The notes beneath the pieces were generated by a model that saw nothing but the letters and a program-made list of their open reading frames with translations, ran no database searches and had not been told where the DNA came from. A DNA stretch of 63,533 nucleotides, counting the filler, from Octopus bimaculoides (lineage: Eukaryota), in the NCBI RefSeq assembly GCF_001194135.2. It is 7 parts of 6 records of this genome, joined end to end, with 100 filler letters (N's around TTAATTAATTAA, not from the genome) between each part and the next. Parts side by side here need not be neighbours in the genome. Positions count along the whole stretch, not along the records: positions 38,270 to 50,342 come from NC_068993.1; positions 50,443 to 61,456 come from NC_068997.1; positions 61,557 to 63,533 come from NC_069004.1; 4 more parts are not named here. One strand, 5' to 3'. Numbering within the stretch: the first letter of the stretch is position 1; each line of letters begins with the position of its first letter. The position numbers and the translations under genes were made by a program. Shown piece by piece: positions 50,181-63,533 of the stretch.

Positions 50181-51458
50181 GGTTTGAAAACGGCTACGTG
50201 AAGTTTGAAACTCATATCAGAGTATCTCACTGTAAACATTATTATTAAGATTACAATAAAAATTATCAAAAATATATATAATACAGTACCAAAAACTTTC
50301 TCTTTATTATTCTACTATATATATATGTGTGTGTGTGTGTGTNNNNNNNNNNNNNNNNNNNNNNNNNNNNNNNNNNNNNNNNNNNNTTAATTAATTAANN
50401 NNNNNNNNNNNNNNNNNNNNNNNNNNNNNNNNNNNNNNNNNNTATATATATAATCGTAGATATATGTGCGTGTGTGTGCGCGCGTGTGTGTGTGTGTGCA
50501 CTCATACACACACATACATACACAGAAAGTAAAGACACACAACCGCACGTACATACATACCCCTTCAACTTAGTGATTTCTGAAAAAAAAGGGGGTTGTC
50601 TGTCCTACTTGCTATATTTATTGATTAACATTTGAAAACTCAGAAAAATAACCAATCTATGAACTCTAAAAACTGAAGAGTGCACATATATATGTAAATA
50701 TGTATGTTTGTATGTATACACATGCACACACGCACACACACATATACATACATACATACATAAATACATACATCTACAAGCACTCATATGGCCACTATAT
50801 TTAATCACTCACCACGTATGATCAATAGACATATCAGAAGATATATTGGTGAATATTATGTGTCCTTTTGGTCTTATTTTTGTTGTGATGTTGTTGTCAC
50901 TGATGTGGGGTTTCTTTCTTTTTTATTTTTTTTATTTTTTTACCTTAAATATTTGATACAATGAACCAACCAATGCGTCTTTGATGTTGTTGCTTTTGAT
51001 TAAAGGCCTTCTGTTATGACCATTCCATCTTCCTTTCCTCCTTTCTACTCGCCTTTCTTTGTCGATTTTTTTTTGTTTTGTTCTTTCCGGGTGGTTCTTT
51101 TTCGCACTATATCTATGGCGAGATTATCCAATATGTCTCCCATCTACTTTATTTTTTTTTCTTTTTACCCTGCTTTAAAGACGCTTAAGCGTCATATAAA
51201 AGGCGTTTTGTCTGCTATTTCTCGTAGGTCTAGTGATCATATCGTCTCTCCTTCGATGTTCATATTATTTTATTTCTTTCTTTTGCTGTTGTCTTTCAAC
51301 AAGATGTCAGACCTTATCTAGCAGACGTTGGATTATTGGCGTTCAACCATGAAAATCCGGTGTTTTTTTTTTTTGGAGCGTGTGGGGAGGGTGTTCTACA
51401 TCATACATATTTTATCTAAAAATACAATATTGAATGTGTTGTTGATATTTTTTTTAAT

Positions 51459-51850
51459 GTAGCTGTGTGGTAAGAATCTTGCCCCCTAACGACACAGTTC
51501 CGGTTTCGGTACCACTGAGTGGCACCTTGGGCAAATATCACCTAGTATAATCTCAGGCCGACTAAAGCTTTGTGAGTGGATTTGGTAGGCGGAAACAGAA
51601 AGAAGACTGTTGTGTGTGTGTGTGTGTGTGTGTCTGTCTTGTCTATCTTTGTCTTCCACCACTACTTGGTAACCGATGCTGCTGTGTTCACGTATACGTA
51701 AACTAGCGGTTCGACAACAAATACCGATAGAAAAAGTAACAGACTTAAAATACATACGTATTGGGGTCGATTCATTCAACTAAAAGTTCTTCAAGTGGTG
51801 CCCCAGCATGGCCACATTCTAATGAATGAAAAAGTAAAAGGTCAAAGATA
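51459..51850 (+). mobile_element. SINE family C, full length, with internal (TG)n
   Basis: Both halves are collinear with 25381-25774. Confidence 0.88.
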
Positions 51851-52724
51851 AATGTATTGTTTGATATAAAGCTCTGACTACTCTTTCTAGCACGTGGAGT
51901 GGTCATATACAAACTCTTTTATTGGCTTGTTGTTGCTGCTGTTGATGGGGATTTCCAAGTTAGAACTGATCCAGAAAAACTATGACTGTAAGTTGTTTGC
52001 TGTAGAACGCCTGTTATATTTACAGGCAATGTGGACTCGCGTGCTTCCGGTAGCCTTCGGCTTTTTTCTGTACACTACCCAATATTTACACACTGTTACT
52101 TATAGCTTAATTTGCATCGAGATCCACCGTTCCCTTACCAACCCACCCCCAAAAAAGAATTATCTATGGTGGTATGAGTTCTAGTTAGGACCATTTTGTT
52201 TTTTTTTTTGTTTCCAAATATCTTTCATTTAGGTTGACATGACCAATGTATATTTGCTATTTGAGAGCGACAGGCTGTGATTTGTCGTAAATTTGGTTGC
52301 TATATCTAGCGGACCGTTTGATTGCATTAAATCAGCCTATTCGTCTCCTCCCATTTTTTAATCATTTTCTTTCTCTTTTTATTTATTCATTTGTTCATTT
52401 TTTTATATTTTTATTTTATAGCTAATGTCAATCTTTTGACAAAAACGATTTCAGAGATTCATTCTCGATTTACTTGGACAAGAAGGATTTATGCATTGCA
52501 ACCCTAATTTTGGGATCCTAATCAAGTGTATTGCCTTTGGTCACTAATCGATTTATTCAGATGTAGGTTTTTGTTTGTTGTTTGCGAGAGGTGTTTTTAG
52601 TTTATTTCTTTGCTTGTTTTGCTTTGTTATTTCCCAGATTACACCTAGTTGTCTTATACAATGTGATAAAGAGATCAATTGTCTGCAAGCTATATAAAAT
52701 CTAGAATTTATCATTATTATTATT

Positions 52725-52769
<45 letters not shown>

Positions 52770-52770
<1 letters not shown>

Positions 52771-53236
52771 TCTTCTTTCTTCAAATTTTCTTGCATTTCT
52801 CGCCGGGTNNNNNNNNNNTCTTCTTTCTTCAAATTTTCTTGCATTTCTCGCCGGGTGTTTTCCGTACACCTAGGGCAGAGAAACTCATTGTATGCATTCC
52901 CAGTTTATACACGCAAATTCACAGGTAAAAATATGTATTTTAAAAAAATTAATAAATAAATAAAATTCATGAATGGATGTTGTTTTCACAAGGATAATGT
53001 TCTTCTCAGTACATGAGTCGTTCCAGTTAACACGATTTTTTGCACTCCCTGTTGGGATGGTAAGCCTGGTATCATTTTCAAATAGGTTTCAGTACCTTTT
53101 TTTATCATTCTTAGAGATCCTACAATCACTGGTACGGTAGTCGCCTTGAGATGCCACATTTTTTCAATTTCTATTAGCAAGTCTTTATATTTACTGATCT
53201 TGTCAAATTCTTTCGCCACTATATTATGATCGCAAA
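52770..53236 (-). mobile_element. R4/Dong-type LINE 3' fragment, family 2; (TAA)n on the 5' side, (CAA)n(TAA)n on the 3' side
   Basis: DHNIVAKEFDKISKYKDLLIEIEKMWHLKATTVPVIVGSL...KIVLTGTTHVLRRTL. Confidence 0.9.
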
Positions 53237-53268
53237 TATTATTATTATTATTATCATTATTATTATTA

Positions 53269-53342
<74 letters not shown>

Positions 53343-56268
53343 GAAACCCACAATTTGATAATGCTGTACTTGATAGACTATATTTTAATAGAAGACGGAA
53401 TGGACAATGCCGGAACGTAAGTGATCACATATCTTTTCTCGCGAAGAGCGTCTAAGACGACATCATCCTGAGGCTAAACAATACTACCCTTACCACCACC
53501 ACCACCACTACCATCACAATTTCAACCAACAACACTACGAGCAAAAGCAATTAGTTAATATAGTTTATTTATCGACCTGATAAATCTAGCAATTTTTCCC
53601 TCTAAAAAAACATCCAGCTGCGCTGGAAGAGGATTTTAGAGACATTTCTAGTAACACATTAGATGATGTCGTCTTAGACGCTCTTAAACGATATGATGGT
53701 CATGACTAGAATGCCTTCGTTAAAATCTCTTCTCAAATACGGGCTGAGCCGAAACTGACTAGTACGCCCACCACAAAAGAAAGAGGCTCTAAGTAGTCAT
53801 ATGACATGTTATATATTATATATAAGTTAAATTGCCCTCAAACCACACAGAAGTTTAAGGTATGACACACTAGAAAATGAAGTATAGACCTCCTTTACTA
53901 AGATGTCGAGATAGTCACGGTTAGACTGCCTTTCATCATAGGTCTTCTCAGTTAGGACTAAACTGGTACTAAAGAACAACGATTAATAACTCATGTATAT
54001 ATAGCTTTGTTACAATTATCGACGTGATAGATGACTAGAAATCTCAGTACTTTGTGTTATATTTCTTTGTTCACTGCACATTCTGCAATTGCCATTAGCA
54101 TTGCATATTATTTTATTATTTTGGTGTTTGGTAAGTTGTTCGTGGCCAAATATTGATCTAGTGTAGCAGCTATAATCAAATCTTTATTGTACGATTTTAT
54201 ATTCAAGAGTGTTTCTATCATTGTTGGCTTGCGCACGGGCGTACATATGCTCTGTCTCTTGTTGCTGGGTTCTGATCATCAAAATTTATTTCTCTTTATT
54301 GATAGTGAATATATTTTCCACGTTTCCTTTGTTGTTTAAGATTAACTTTTTTTTTTCTCTTTCATTATAGGCCTACACCATGTTTTATTTGCTCAGTGTA
54401 TTTTAATACATGATGGAAAACAATTTTTTTTCTTTTTCCATTTCTTTTTTTTTGTCCCTCTTAGCTTATATTATGTTACCAGCCTACCTTTGTTTCCTTC
54501 CTAGTGTGCTTTTTCAAAGATCCGATGTGGTTATTTTATATCAATTCTAGAATTGTATAAAGATCCTATACAGTTATTATATATAAATTCTTCAATTGTC
54601 GACAGCCTCATTCGATCAATGTCTATATAAAGAATATACTATCAATATCAAACTTCAATACAACTGATGTGTAACCCGAAGGTCAGATTTCTGGATTTCT
54701 TATCCGAGCTGTTGAATTCATGTAACATTATGTTGCCGCAGTGGTTTATAACTAGGACAGAAAATGTGCTCATACCTATTATCTTAACCCTGACAGTAAT
54801 CTCAAAACGGAGTACTAAGCTAGCTTGATGAGCCCCTGAGAGGTAAGTTATACTCCTGGTGAAAATAAGTGACCCGGTCTCATATATATTTTTTGCAGGG
54901 GAAGCAGTGGTTGCATTTAAAAATGAATGCTACCGCTCTAAACGAAATCACCAAACGCTTCTACAATACTTTTCCTTTTCATGATTATGGGCTTTTATGA
55001 AGTGAAAATATATCCTTACTTATCAAATTTTCGTGTATGATTCTTTTCTAGCACTAACTATATTTTTATGAATTTGGTATACAGAAGAATGCACAACGCC
55101 TATGAACTTTCTCGGAGCCCTCGAAACTGGTGAAATCAATGGAATATGTTATTTACAGATAAGAAGCTTGATTACAATACTTCAACAGAGTGGAATTTGG
55201 TAAAGTTACCCGGGGCTAAAGAAATGGTGTTCAACAAAGCGACGGATTAACTCAGGCAACCAAATGGCCTGTACACGGGATCCCGAATGGCCTCCGCAGA
55301 TAGCTGTGGAGATCATAAAGGTGACCCTGGTGCAAAGGCTGAAGGAACTGAGAGAGGAGTATCGCTTATGGCCGGGTGGAACCGGCATGACACACGCTTT
55401 ATGCTTGAGTGAGGCGTGGCAAATGGTGGGGTACGGGGTCAGAAGCGATACTGAATTTGAAGATGTTGAAGAAGACTACGGATAAGAGGTAGGAAAGCCT
55501 CGTCATTGTAAAATGATAGTGAAGTAAGCGAATTGATGGTATCAATTTGAACTAATAGACTACGTCTTTTGAGAGCGGATAGCTGGTGTGAATACGACAA
55601 TTATAAATTGAAATAATGGGTGGAGTTTATGAAGGCACCTGATTGCTTCTATTCTAGCCTGCTATGCTGGAGGAGATATTTAAATACGAATAGTTTTATT
55701 CGGCTACTGATATACTGATAACTTGGGAAATACGCTTTAGCTGTAATTAAGCCAAGGCACACTTATATCGACATACATGTGTGACAGTGTATATATATAT
55801 ATATATATATATNNNNNNNNNNNNNNNNNNNNNNNNNNNNNNNNNNNNNNNNNNNNNNNNNNNNNNNNNNNNNNNNNNNNNNNNNNNNNNNNNNNNNNNN
55901 NNNNNNNNNNNNNNNNNNNNNNNNNNNNNNNNNNNNNNNNNNNNNNNNNNNNNNNNNNNNNNNNNNNNNNNNNNNNNNNNNNNNNNNNNNNNNNNNNNNN
56001 NNNNNNNNNNNNNNNNNNNNNNNNNNNNNNNNNNNNNNNNNNNNNNNNNNNNNNNNNNNNNNNNNNNNNNNNNNNNNNNNNNNNNNNNNNNNNNNNNNNN
56101 NNNNNNNNNNNNNNNNNNNNNNNNNNNNNNNNNNNNNNNNNNNNNNNNNNNNNNNNNNNNNNNNNNNNNNNNNNNNNNNNNNNNNNNNNNNNNNNNNNNN
56201 NNNNNNNNNNNNNNNNNNNNNNNNNNNNNNNNNNNNNNNNNNNNNNNNNNNNNNNNNNNNNNNNNNNN

Positions 56269-56305
<37 letters not shown>

Positions 56306-56691
56306 TGATCTATATAAATACGCATACGTATATTTATATTTACATAAGTATATGTATTTATGTATGTATGTATGTATTTATGTATGTATGTATGCATTTA
56401 TGTATGTATGTATGTATGTATGCATGCATCTATGTATGTATGTATGCATGTATTTTAGATGATTTATAGATTGTTCCTAACACTTGTAGCTGTGTCTGGT
56501 TTGATTCATCAAATTAGTTAATGGTGTTAAAGATGGACAGAATATTAATGATAATAGAGTCCACTTCAAGAAGATAAAAAATATTCCCTTTTTTCCCATG
56601 GGGATTGAGCTGTAATTTTCTGTTTTCCAGGATATGCTTGTGTATGCGCTTTCATGTACATACGTACATATATACACACGCACACACACGC

Positions 56692-56754
<63 letters not shown>

Positions 56755-57514
56755 GAGAGAGAGAGAGAGAGACACACACATTATTTTGTGACGTGCTTGA
56801 TATATTGCCTTAATATTGGCTTTGCTTACTTTATGGTCGTTGTCTTCGGTATCTAAGATCACCGTATTAAGATAGCTTGAGGTAGGATTTTTTTCCCGCT
56901 GACCCTTTTTTTCCTTGATTGATATTCATATTATTTATTTATTTATATATTTATGTATTTGTTTATCTTTGTTATATTTTGTGTTTTATTTTTGTTTTGT
57001 TTTTGTTTTGTTTTGTTTTTTGTTTTTGTTTTTTTCAGTAATCAATCCATGTCATGATTAATTGGCTTTGCTTCATTTTATTATTTATTATTTTTTTTTT
57101 TCTACGTTACTTAAATCTTCAATAAGTTGCCTTCTTTCCAGTTGATCTGATGAAATATTGTTATTTCTCCAATGGCCAAGCAATCTATTAGTATATATGG
57201 ATTTCAAAAGTTTCTAAGTTGGTAGAAAGCTAGTTATTGGTCAATTTTTTTAACAATCATTTTTTATATATATATATATATATTTCCTTGATGGGGAGAG
57301 AGAGAATTCCTAGCCTCTGTGTATGTGTGTGTGTGTGTGTGTATGCATGTATATGTGTCTATATCTGTGTCTGTGTCTGGGTCAGTGTGTTTGCATGAGT
57401 GCGTGCATACATTTTTAGTTGTCGGGAAGACTCGTCTCTGTTGGTGACTTCTGTGGCCATCAAAGCTATATTTGTTGTTTTATTTGATTGTTTTGCGTGT
57501 GTACTTGTGTGTGC

Positions 57515-57586
<72 letters not shown>

Positions 57587-58849
57587 NNNNNNNNNNNNNN
57601 NNNNNNNNNNNNNNNNNNNNNNNNNNNNNNNNNNNNNNNNNNNNNNNNNNNNNNNNNNNNNNNNNNNNNNNNNNNNNNNNNNNNNNNNNNNNNNNNNNNN
57701 NNNNNNNNNNNNNNNNNNNNNNNNNNNNNNNNNNNNNNNNNNNNNNNNNNNNNNNNNNNNNNNNNNNNNNNNNNNNNNNNNNNNNNNNNNNNNNNNNNNN
57801 NNNNNNNNNNNNNNNNNNNNNNNNNNNNNNNNNNNNNNNNNNNNNNNNNNNNNNNNNNNNNNNNNNNNNNNNNNNNNNNNNNNNNNNNNNNNNNNNNNNN
57901 NNNNNNNNNNNNNNNNNNNNNNNTGGTGGTGGTGGTGGTGTGGTGGTGGTGGTAGGTGTGGTGGTAGTGGAGGCGGTGTTGTTGTTATTGTCGTTGTCTT
58001 TGTTCTCGTTGCTAATGCTGTTGATTGATAATGTCTCGTCACATCTTTTTATATCTTGATTCTAATATAATTTTCTTTAAAATTCTTTTTTTTTTTTTTT
58101 TTTTCAAATATTGAAATTACAGATTTACTCATTTTTTTTCTCTGAAATATATTTCTTCAGTTTTCTATATTTTTTTAAACAAAATGTCATTCTATTCCAT
58201 TTATCACAGCTGTGTATTTCACTAAGAGAGTATTTCTCTTAATTTCATAGAATGCAGAATTATTATTTTTTCATATGATTTTTCATGTTTTCCATCAACG
58301 ACCTTATTACATAAAACTGTTGTTACTTCTAGTTTAGGAAAACAAAAAATCCTTTCTTTCTTCTTCTGTACCCATCCAACAAATGAACGAGTTGATGACG
58401 TTCGGAAATCAAACCAATCTGTAAATTTAGCTGTGATTAATGCATTTTCTTTTGAAAGTGTTTAAGAGAATAATAACCCCTAAAATAATAATCATATTCA
58501 CAAGCATTAACTTCATACAAGTTTTTCCTTGTTATCCCTATATTTCAATTTACCAGGAATCCTTCCGCTAGCAAGGAAAATGTCCACGAGTCGATGAATA
58601 TCATATCTTTATATGACAACTTAACTGTACTAGGCTGTTGCGTATATTACTTATTTATGGGGCTAAAATGAATGAAAAAATGTAGTGTATTGTAACAAAT
58701 GAAACATTGTGTTGTAATCTTTCCAGCAGTTCAGTTCAGTTTGATATTCTGTGTTTCATCCCAAATCCCAGAAATACAGCATGTAATATTTGGCCTAACA
58801 ATACAATCCAATTCTTCACCAAATATCAAAAGTAATAGAATGGCTATGG

Positions 58850-59066
58850 CGAAGTTGGTTGTGTAGTGGACGAAACTGAAAGGGTGACGACAGATATTTT
58901 CCTCTTCGGCCTAGCCCTCATCGACTTTTCCAAGTTCCACTTGAAAAGGGAAGTGAGAGTAGAGAGGGAAGCTCTGCACTTCCTCCTAACCAATAAATTT
59001 GCTGAATGTTGGGGGAATGTGGTGAGGATCTCCTATATGAATGGGGCCTTCTCCGAACTTTTGTAA
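58850..59066 (+). mobile_element. Tx1-clade LINE C-terminal fragment
   Basis: LALIDFSKFHLKREVRVERE resembles LGLVNFFLFHMERKIWLEK at about 49815-49875. Confidence 0.65.
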
Positions 59067-59236
59067 ACCGAAGGAAGTGAGAAGGACAAAGACGCCTTTT
59101 GAGGTGCATCTAGAGGTCGGGATAACCAGGTGAGGTTACGTATTGTATACATTGTCCAACACCCTACTTGTCCCTAGTAATGTATCACCCCTATTTGTTT
59201 CGTGTTCGGCTTTTATGGCCAGCAAAAAAAGTATTG

Positions 59237-59309
<73 letters not shown>

Positions 59310-59490
59310 CATCATCATCATTATTATTGTGATGATGATCATGATGATGGCGATAGCGACGTCGACGGTGATGTAAACGATGTTTATTGTTCCCACAAGG
59401 GCAACATCTGAAGGGAAATTAGAAAAGCAGATGGTTTACGATAAAAATCGAAACGAATAACGCTGTGACAGTGTAGGTATGCGAGAAAGA

Positions 59491-59551
<61 letters not shown>

Positions 59552-59940
59552 NNNNNNNNNNNNNNNNNNNNNNNNNNNNNNNNNNNNNNNNNNNNNNNNN
59601 NNNNNNNNNNNNNNNNNNNNNNNNNNNNNNNNNNNNNNNNNNNNNNNNNNNNNNNNNNNNNNNNNNNNNNNNNNNNNNNNNNNNNNNNNNNNNNNNNNNN
59701 NNNNNNNNNNNNNNNNNNNNNNNNNNNNNNNNNNNNNNNNNNNNNNNNNNNNNNNNNNNNNNNNNNNNNNNNNNNNNNNNNNNNNNNNNNNNNNNNNNNN
59801 NNNNNNNNNNNNNNNNNNNNNNNNNNNNNNNNNNNNNNNNNNNNNNNNNNNNNNNNNNNNNNNNNNNNNNNNNNNNNNNNNNNNNNNNNNNNNNNNNNNN
59901 NNNNNNNNNNNNNNNNNNNNNNNNNNNNNNNNNNNNNNCG

Positions 59941-60024
59941 GCAGCGGCAGCGATAGCGGCGGCAGCGGCAGCGATAGCGGCGGCAGCGGCAGCGATAGCG
60001 GCGGCAGCGGCAGCGATAGCGGCG
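59941..60024. repeat. GC-rich 21-bp minisatellite GCAGCGGCAGCGATAGCGGCG x4, continuing from a gap
   Basis: Direct. Confidence 0.9.
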
Positions 60025-60362
60025 TCGAGAGCAACGGCGGCGCGATGATGATGAGGAGGATAAGGATGAGGATGATGAGGATGATGAGGATGATGAGGAT
60101 GATGAGGATGATCAACATCATCATCATGAAGAAGAAAGTTGCGGTTATTAAACAAAACAAAAACAAAACAAAAAAATCAAAGAAAACAAAGACACAAACA
60201 ATTATAAAGAAAAAAAAACGCCGAAATACCATCAACAAAAAACTCATGACAGTTTGAAGAGCCCAGAGAGACATCAGGACGAGATAATATATATATGCGC
60301 TTCTATGCATATATGTATGCATGGCTGTGTGTGTGTGTGCCTGTGTGTGTGCCTGTGTGTGT

Positions 60363-60404
<42 letters not shown>

Positions 60405-60554
60405 CTGTGTGTCTGTGTGCGTGTGTGCCTGTGTGCGTGTATGTGTAAATGTATGAATATGAGTGCGTACTCTTGTATGTCTATTGTGAGTATTACAGAA
60501 CATTTCATTTCATTTCATTTTATTTTATTTTATATATATGTATANNNNNNNNNN

Positions 60555-60601
<47 letters not shown>

Positions 60602-61134
60602 CTTTTATTTTTATTTTTGTTTTTGTATTTTGTATTTCTTGTTTTTGTAAAAAAAATAGCAAGCGACAAAATTTGTTTATTTAGCAATAGAAAAGAAGCA
60701 TTCGAGACCACAAATGTGTATTAGGATATTGAAATAACAACGGGAATAACCACCACCACCACCACCACCACCACCACGAAGATGATGGTGGTGAAATTCG
60801 ATGATGATGATGATGATCACCATTACCACCACCACCACCACCACCACGATCCCGATCACGACGAAATGATGACAAGGAAGAGGACAGAGATGACAAAGAC
60901 GACGACGACGGTGACAATGAAGTTATGAGCATCATAAGGGGCATTGCCACGACGAGACGTTATCGTATGGATGATGCTGGTGGTGGTAGTGGTGGCAATG
61001 ATGGTGATTTTAATGATCGTTGCTGTTATTTCGATGGTGGTGGTCGTAAGTTGACGTGTTCTTGTTGCTGGTTGCCGTGATGGTGGTGGTGTAGCTAGTA
61101 GTCCCAGTGATGATGAGGGTGGGGGGGGGTTGTT

Positions 61135-61172
<38 letters not shown>

Positions 61173-61401
61173 AATGATGATGACGTGGAAGACTACCATC
61201 ATTATCATCATCATCATCATCATCATCATCATTATCGTCATCATTCATCATAACATTACATTTTTAACGCTCATGCTTAGAAAATAGGGCTACTCTATCC
61301 ATTAAGTTATTTTTTTAATTCCTCTTGGTGTTCTGTTCATCAGTTCATGTAATTGTTGTTATTATCATTATCACCATCACCATCACCATCATCATCATCA
61401 A

Positions 61402-61437
<36 letters not shown>

Positions 61438-61556
61438 TATTATTTTTATTATCATTNNNNNNNNNNNNNNNNNNNNNNNNNNNNNNNNNNNNNNNNNNNN
61501 TTAATTAATTAANNNNNNNNNNNNNNNNNNNNNNNNNNNNNNNNNNNNNNNNNNNN

Positions 61557-61912
61557 AGAACCCATTAAATACACTGGACCTGGAGGGACTGCAATCCCCG
61601 AGGCAGAGACAGTGCGAGACCTGGGCATCTACATGAGTAATAATGCATCCTTTCATGTTCATGTTGCTAAATTGTCAATGAAATGCAGGCAACTGACCGG
61701 ATGGATTCTAAGGAGTTTTAGAACAAGAGATCAGGAAACCATGATGGTGCTCTGGAAGACACTTGTTCTAAGCCACTTTGACTATTGTTCTCAACTATGG
61801 TCACCAACCAGTGTCAAATTAATCTCAGAACTTGAGGCAATCCAACAAAGCTACACGAAGAAGATAGCCTCCATGCAGCATATAAGCTATTGGGAAAGAC
61901 TCAAAAGATTAA
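61557..61912 (+). mobile_element. CR1-type LINE RT C-terminal fragment
   Basis: VRDLGIYM...GWILRSFRTRD...LWKTLVLSHFDYCSQLWSP...LEAIQ...YWERLKRL, open and without stops. Confidence 0.9.
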
Positions 61913-62215
61913 ATATAAATATATAAATATATATATAACTTTTATAAGTAATATTCTAAAAGAATATATAACTGAACCTATGTTGAGTGCTCAATTATTT
62001 TGAGCAAATAAATGTGTATACATACCAATTCTTATACAAATAAGTGTTTAGCACTTGAAATTTCAACAAAGGATGAAAGGAATGAACTTTACATATTTCA
62101 GAAGGATTAATTTGACAATTTATAGAAAGGACAGTATATATTTTATTATTATTTTTAATTTTTTAATATTTCTAATGTTTTAATATTATATATATATACT
62201 ATTGGTTCTTAATGC

Positions 62216-62301
62216 ATCTCTGAAGAGCGGAATTACTGATAATAAGATGATCTTTAGATCACTTTGTGATTATAGTAATATCCGCGAAACGATCGTAAGA
62301 T
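62216..62301 (+). ncRNA. Type I hammerhead ribozyme with intact core
   Basis: AUCU / CUGAAGA / long stem II closed by GCGGA:UCCGC / GAAAC / palindromic ACGAUCGU / GUA cleavage triplet / AGAU. Confidence 0.8.
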
Positions 62302-62628
62302 ATTTAACTCTTTAAATTTTAGGTTCCTTTATATTTTAGACTTTACAATATTCATGCTTAATTACGCATAAATATATTCACACATATATTTATCTATATT
62401 CAGATTTTTATATATATTGATATTTATATTTCGTATATTTATATTTTAAATTTGTTATGTTGCCGTGTCATGTTGGATGCATGTCTTTCAAAATATTAAA
62501 TATTGATTTCCTGAGTATATTATTGATGAGTTTATGAATTTATTAATAATATAAAAACACATACATACACATATATAAATATATATATATACACATATAT
62601 AAATATATATATATACATTTAAAAAACA

Positions 62629-62870
62629 AGATTTAACACCGGAGTTTATATATCCATGTCTTCATTCAATGTAAACATTTCTGTGTATAACTATATTTAA
62701 CCATTAAAATAAGTTAAATATATTAGTTGTCTTACACGTCATCAGGAATGATTTTCATTAGAACAAAAAACCAAAAGAAAACAATGAATTGATCGAGCAA
62801 ATCAATTTTTAAACACAGAAATGTTTACACTGAATGAAGACATGGATATATAAACTCCGGTGTTAAATCT
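62629..62870. mobile_element. Foldback element or MITE with 58-bp inverted repeats (1 mismatch)
   Basis: 62629-62686 versus reverse complement of 62813-62870; no TSD seen. Confidence 0.8.
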
Positions 62871-62945
62871 CGTCCAGAACAAATGTATAATGTGGATGAA
62901 ACTGGGCTGTGGTGGAAGAAAATGCCTGAGAGATCATACATCCAT
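62871..62945 (+). mobile_element. Tigger/pogo DDE transposase fragment
   Basis: PEQMYNVDETGLWWKKMPERSYI (first catalytic D motif). Confidence 0.85.
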
Positions 62946-63255
62946 GTCTATGTTAACAATTCCTTAATGTATCAGGATTACTGTGGTCCAGTTAATCCTG
63001 AATCATTCTCAGCTTTTACACACAAGTCAGTGCAGACTGTACAAGACATTCGTACCAAGAAAACAGGAATACAATGTTATCTTGTCAATAAACCAATTTA
63101 TACAAATAGCAGTACTCAGAGTTTGGAAAGTAAGATGGTGGATTGTGAAACACAGATAACAGCACCTGTGCTTACATATGAAGGTGTGAAAAATGATAAG
63201 CAGAAGCTTCTCTTTAACACGGGAACACCAGATTCCATGATTTCTTATTCTCTTT

Positions 63256-63533
63256 TTAACCTTTTCGTTACCAAACCACCCAAAGATGCCCCCCAAAAAT
63301 TTTGGTTCATGTGACCAAGCCGCCCAAAATCACCTATTCATATTTAAATGAGAATATCCGATCAAATCTCGTTAGTACATTCGTGAAAACACGTGATTAT
63401 ACTGTGTAAACACTTCAGCTATAGCTTTGTTCGACGATCAACGTGTATTTTTTTAATTTTGTGAATTTTGTGAGATTTTTTTCCAAATTTGTTCCTGTTC
63501 TGTTTGTAAAATTTGTAATCCTGACAAAAAAAA
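63256..63533. mobile_element. Possible piggyBac-type element end
   Basis: TTAA followed by CCTTTTCGTTACC (cf. TTAA|CCC termini); the other end is outside the window. Confidence 0.4.

Noticed and set aside
54660-54850. Further hammerhead candidates (CTGATGTG..., TTGATGAGCCCC...)
   Set aside because: They lack the complete CUGANGA plus GAAA core and the stems.
59384-61251. Long His/Asp/Ala/Leu-rich ORFs
   Set aside because: Microsatellites, a 21-bp minisatellite and gap read-through.

Overview
AT-rich, microsatellite-dense eukaryotic draft sequence with roughly 8 kb of N gaps. The SINE and microsatellite content suggests a cephalopod, most likely an octopus; this is an inference and was not confirmed by search. 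I find no host protein-coding exon, intact transposase or RT gene, functional tRNA/rRNA gene or CRISPR array that I can support, so the window is intergenic or deep-intronic. Most ORF-track entries are microsatellite or gap read-throughs. The window is a layered set of decayed mobile elements: Tc1/mariner and Tigger/pogo DNA transposons, MITEs, LINE fragments of five types (L1, Tx1, RTE/BovB, CR1, and R4/Dong-type with restriction-like endonuclease), Penelope-like remnants, and four tRNA-headed SINE families that share modules (my labels A-D). The most interesting signals are non-coding: (1) SINE-B1 shares its 3' tail with a Tx1-clade LINE and appears to insert into the head of other SINE-B copies; (2) an R4/Dong-type LINE family sits in (CATA)n rather than the (TAA)n used by its relatives here; (3) a 5S rRNA head is fused to the SINE-B core; (4) there is a core-intact hammerhead ribozyme at 62216-62301, plus an A6U hammerhead-like family; (5) two U2 snRNA 5' fragments lie head-to-head inside a direct repeat. 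Family assignments come from motifs I translated and recognised by eye. Whether any of these is undescribed needs database searches I could not run.
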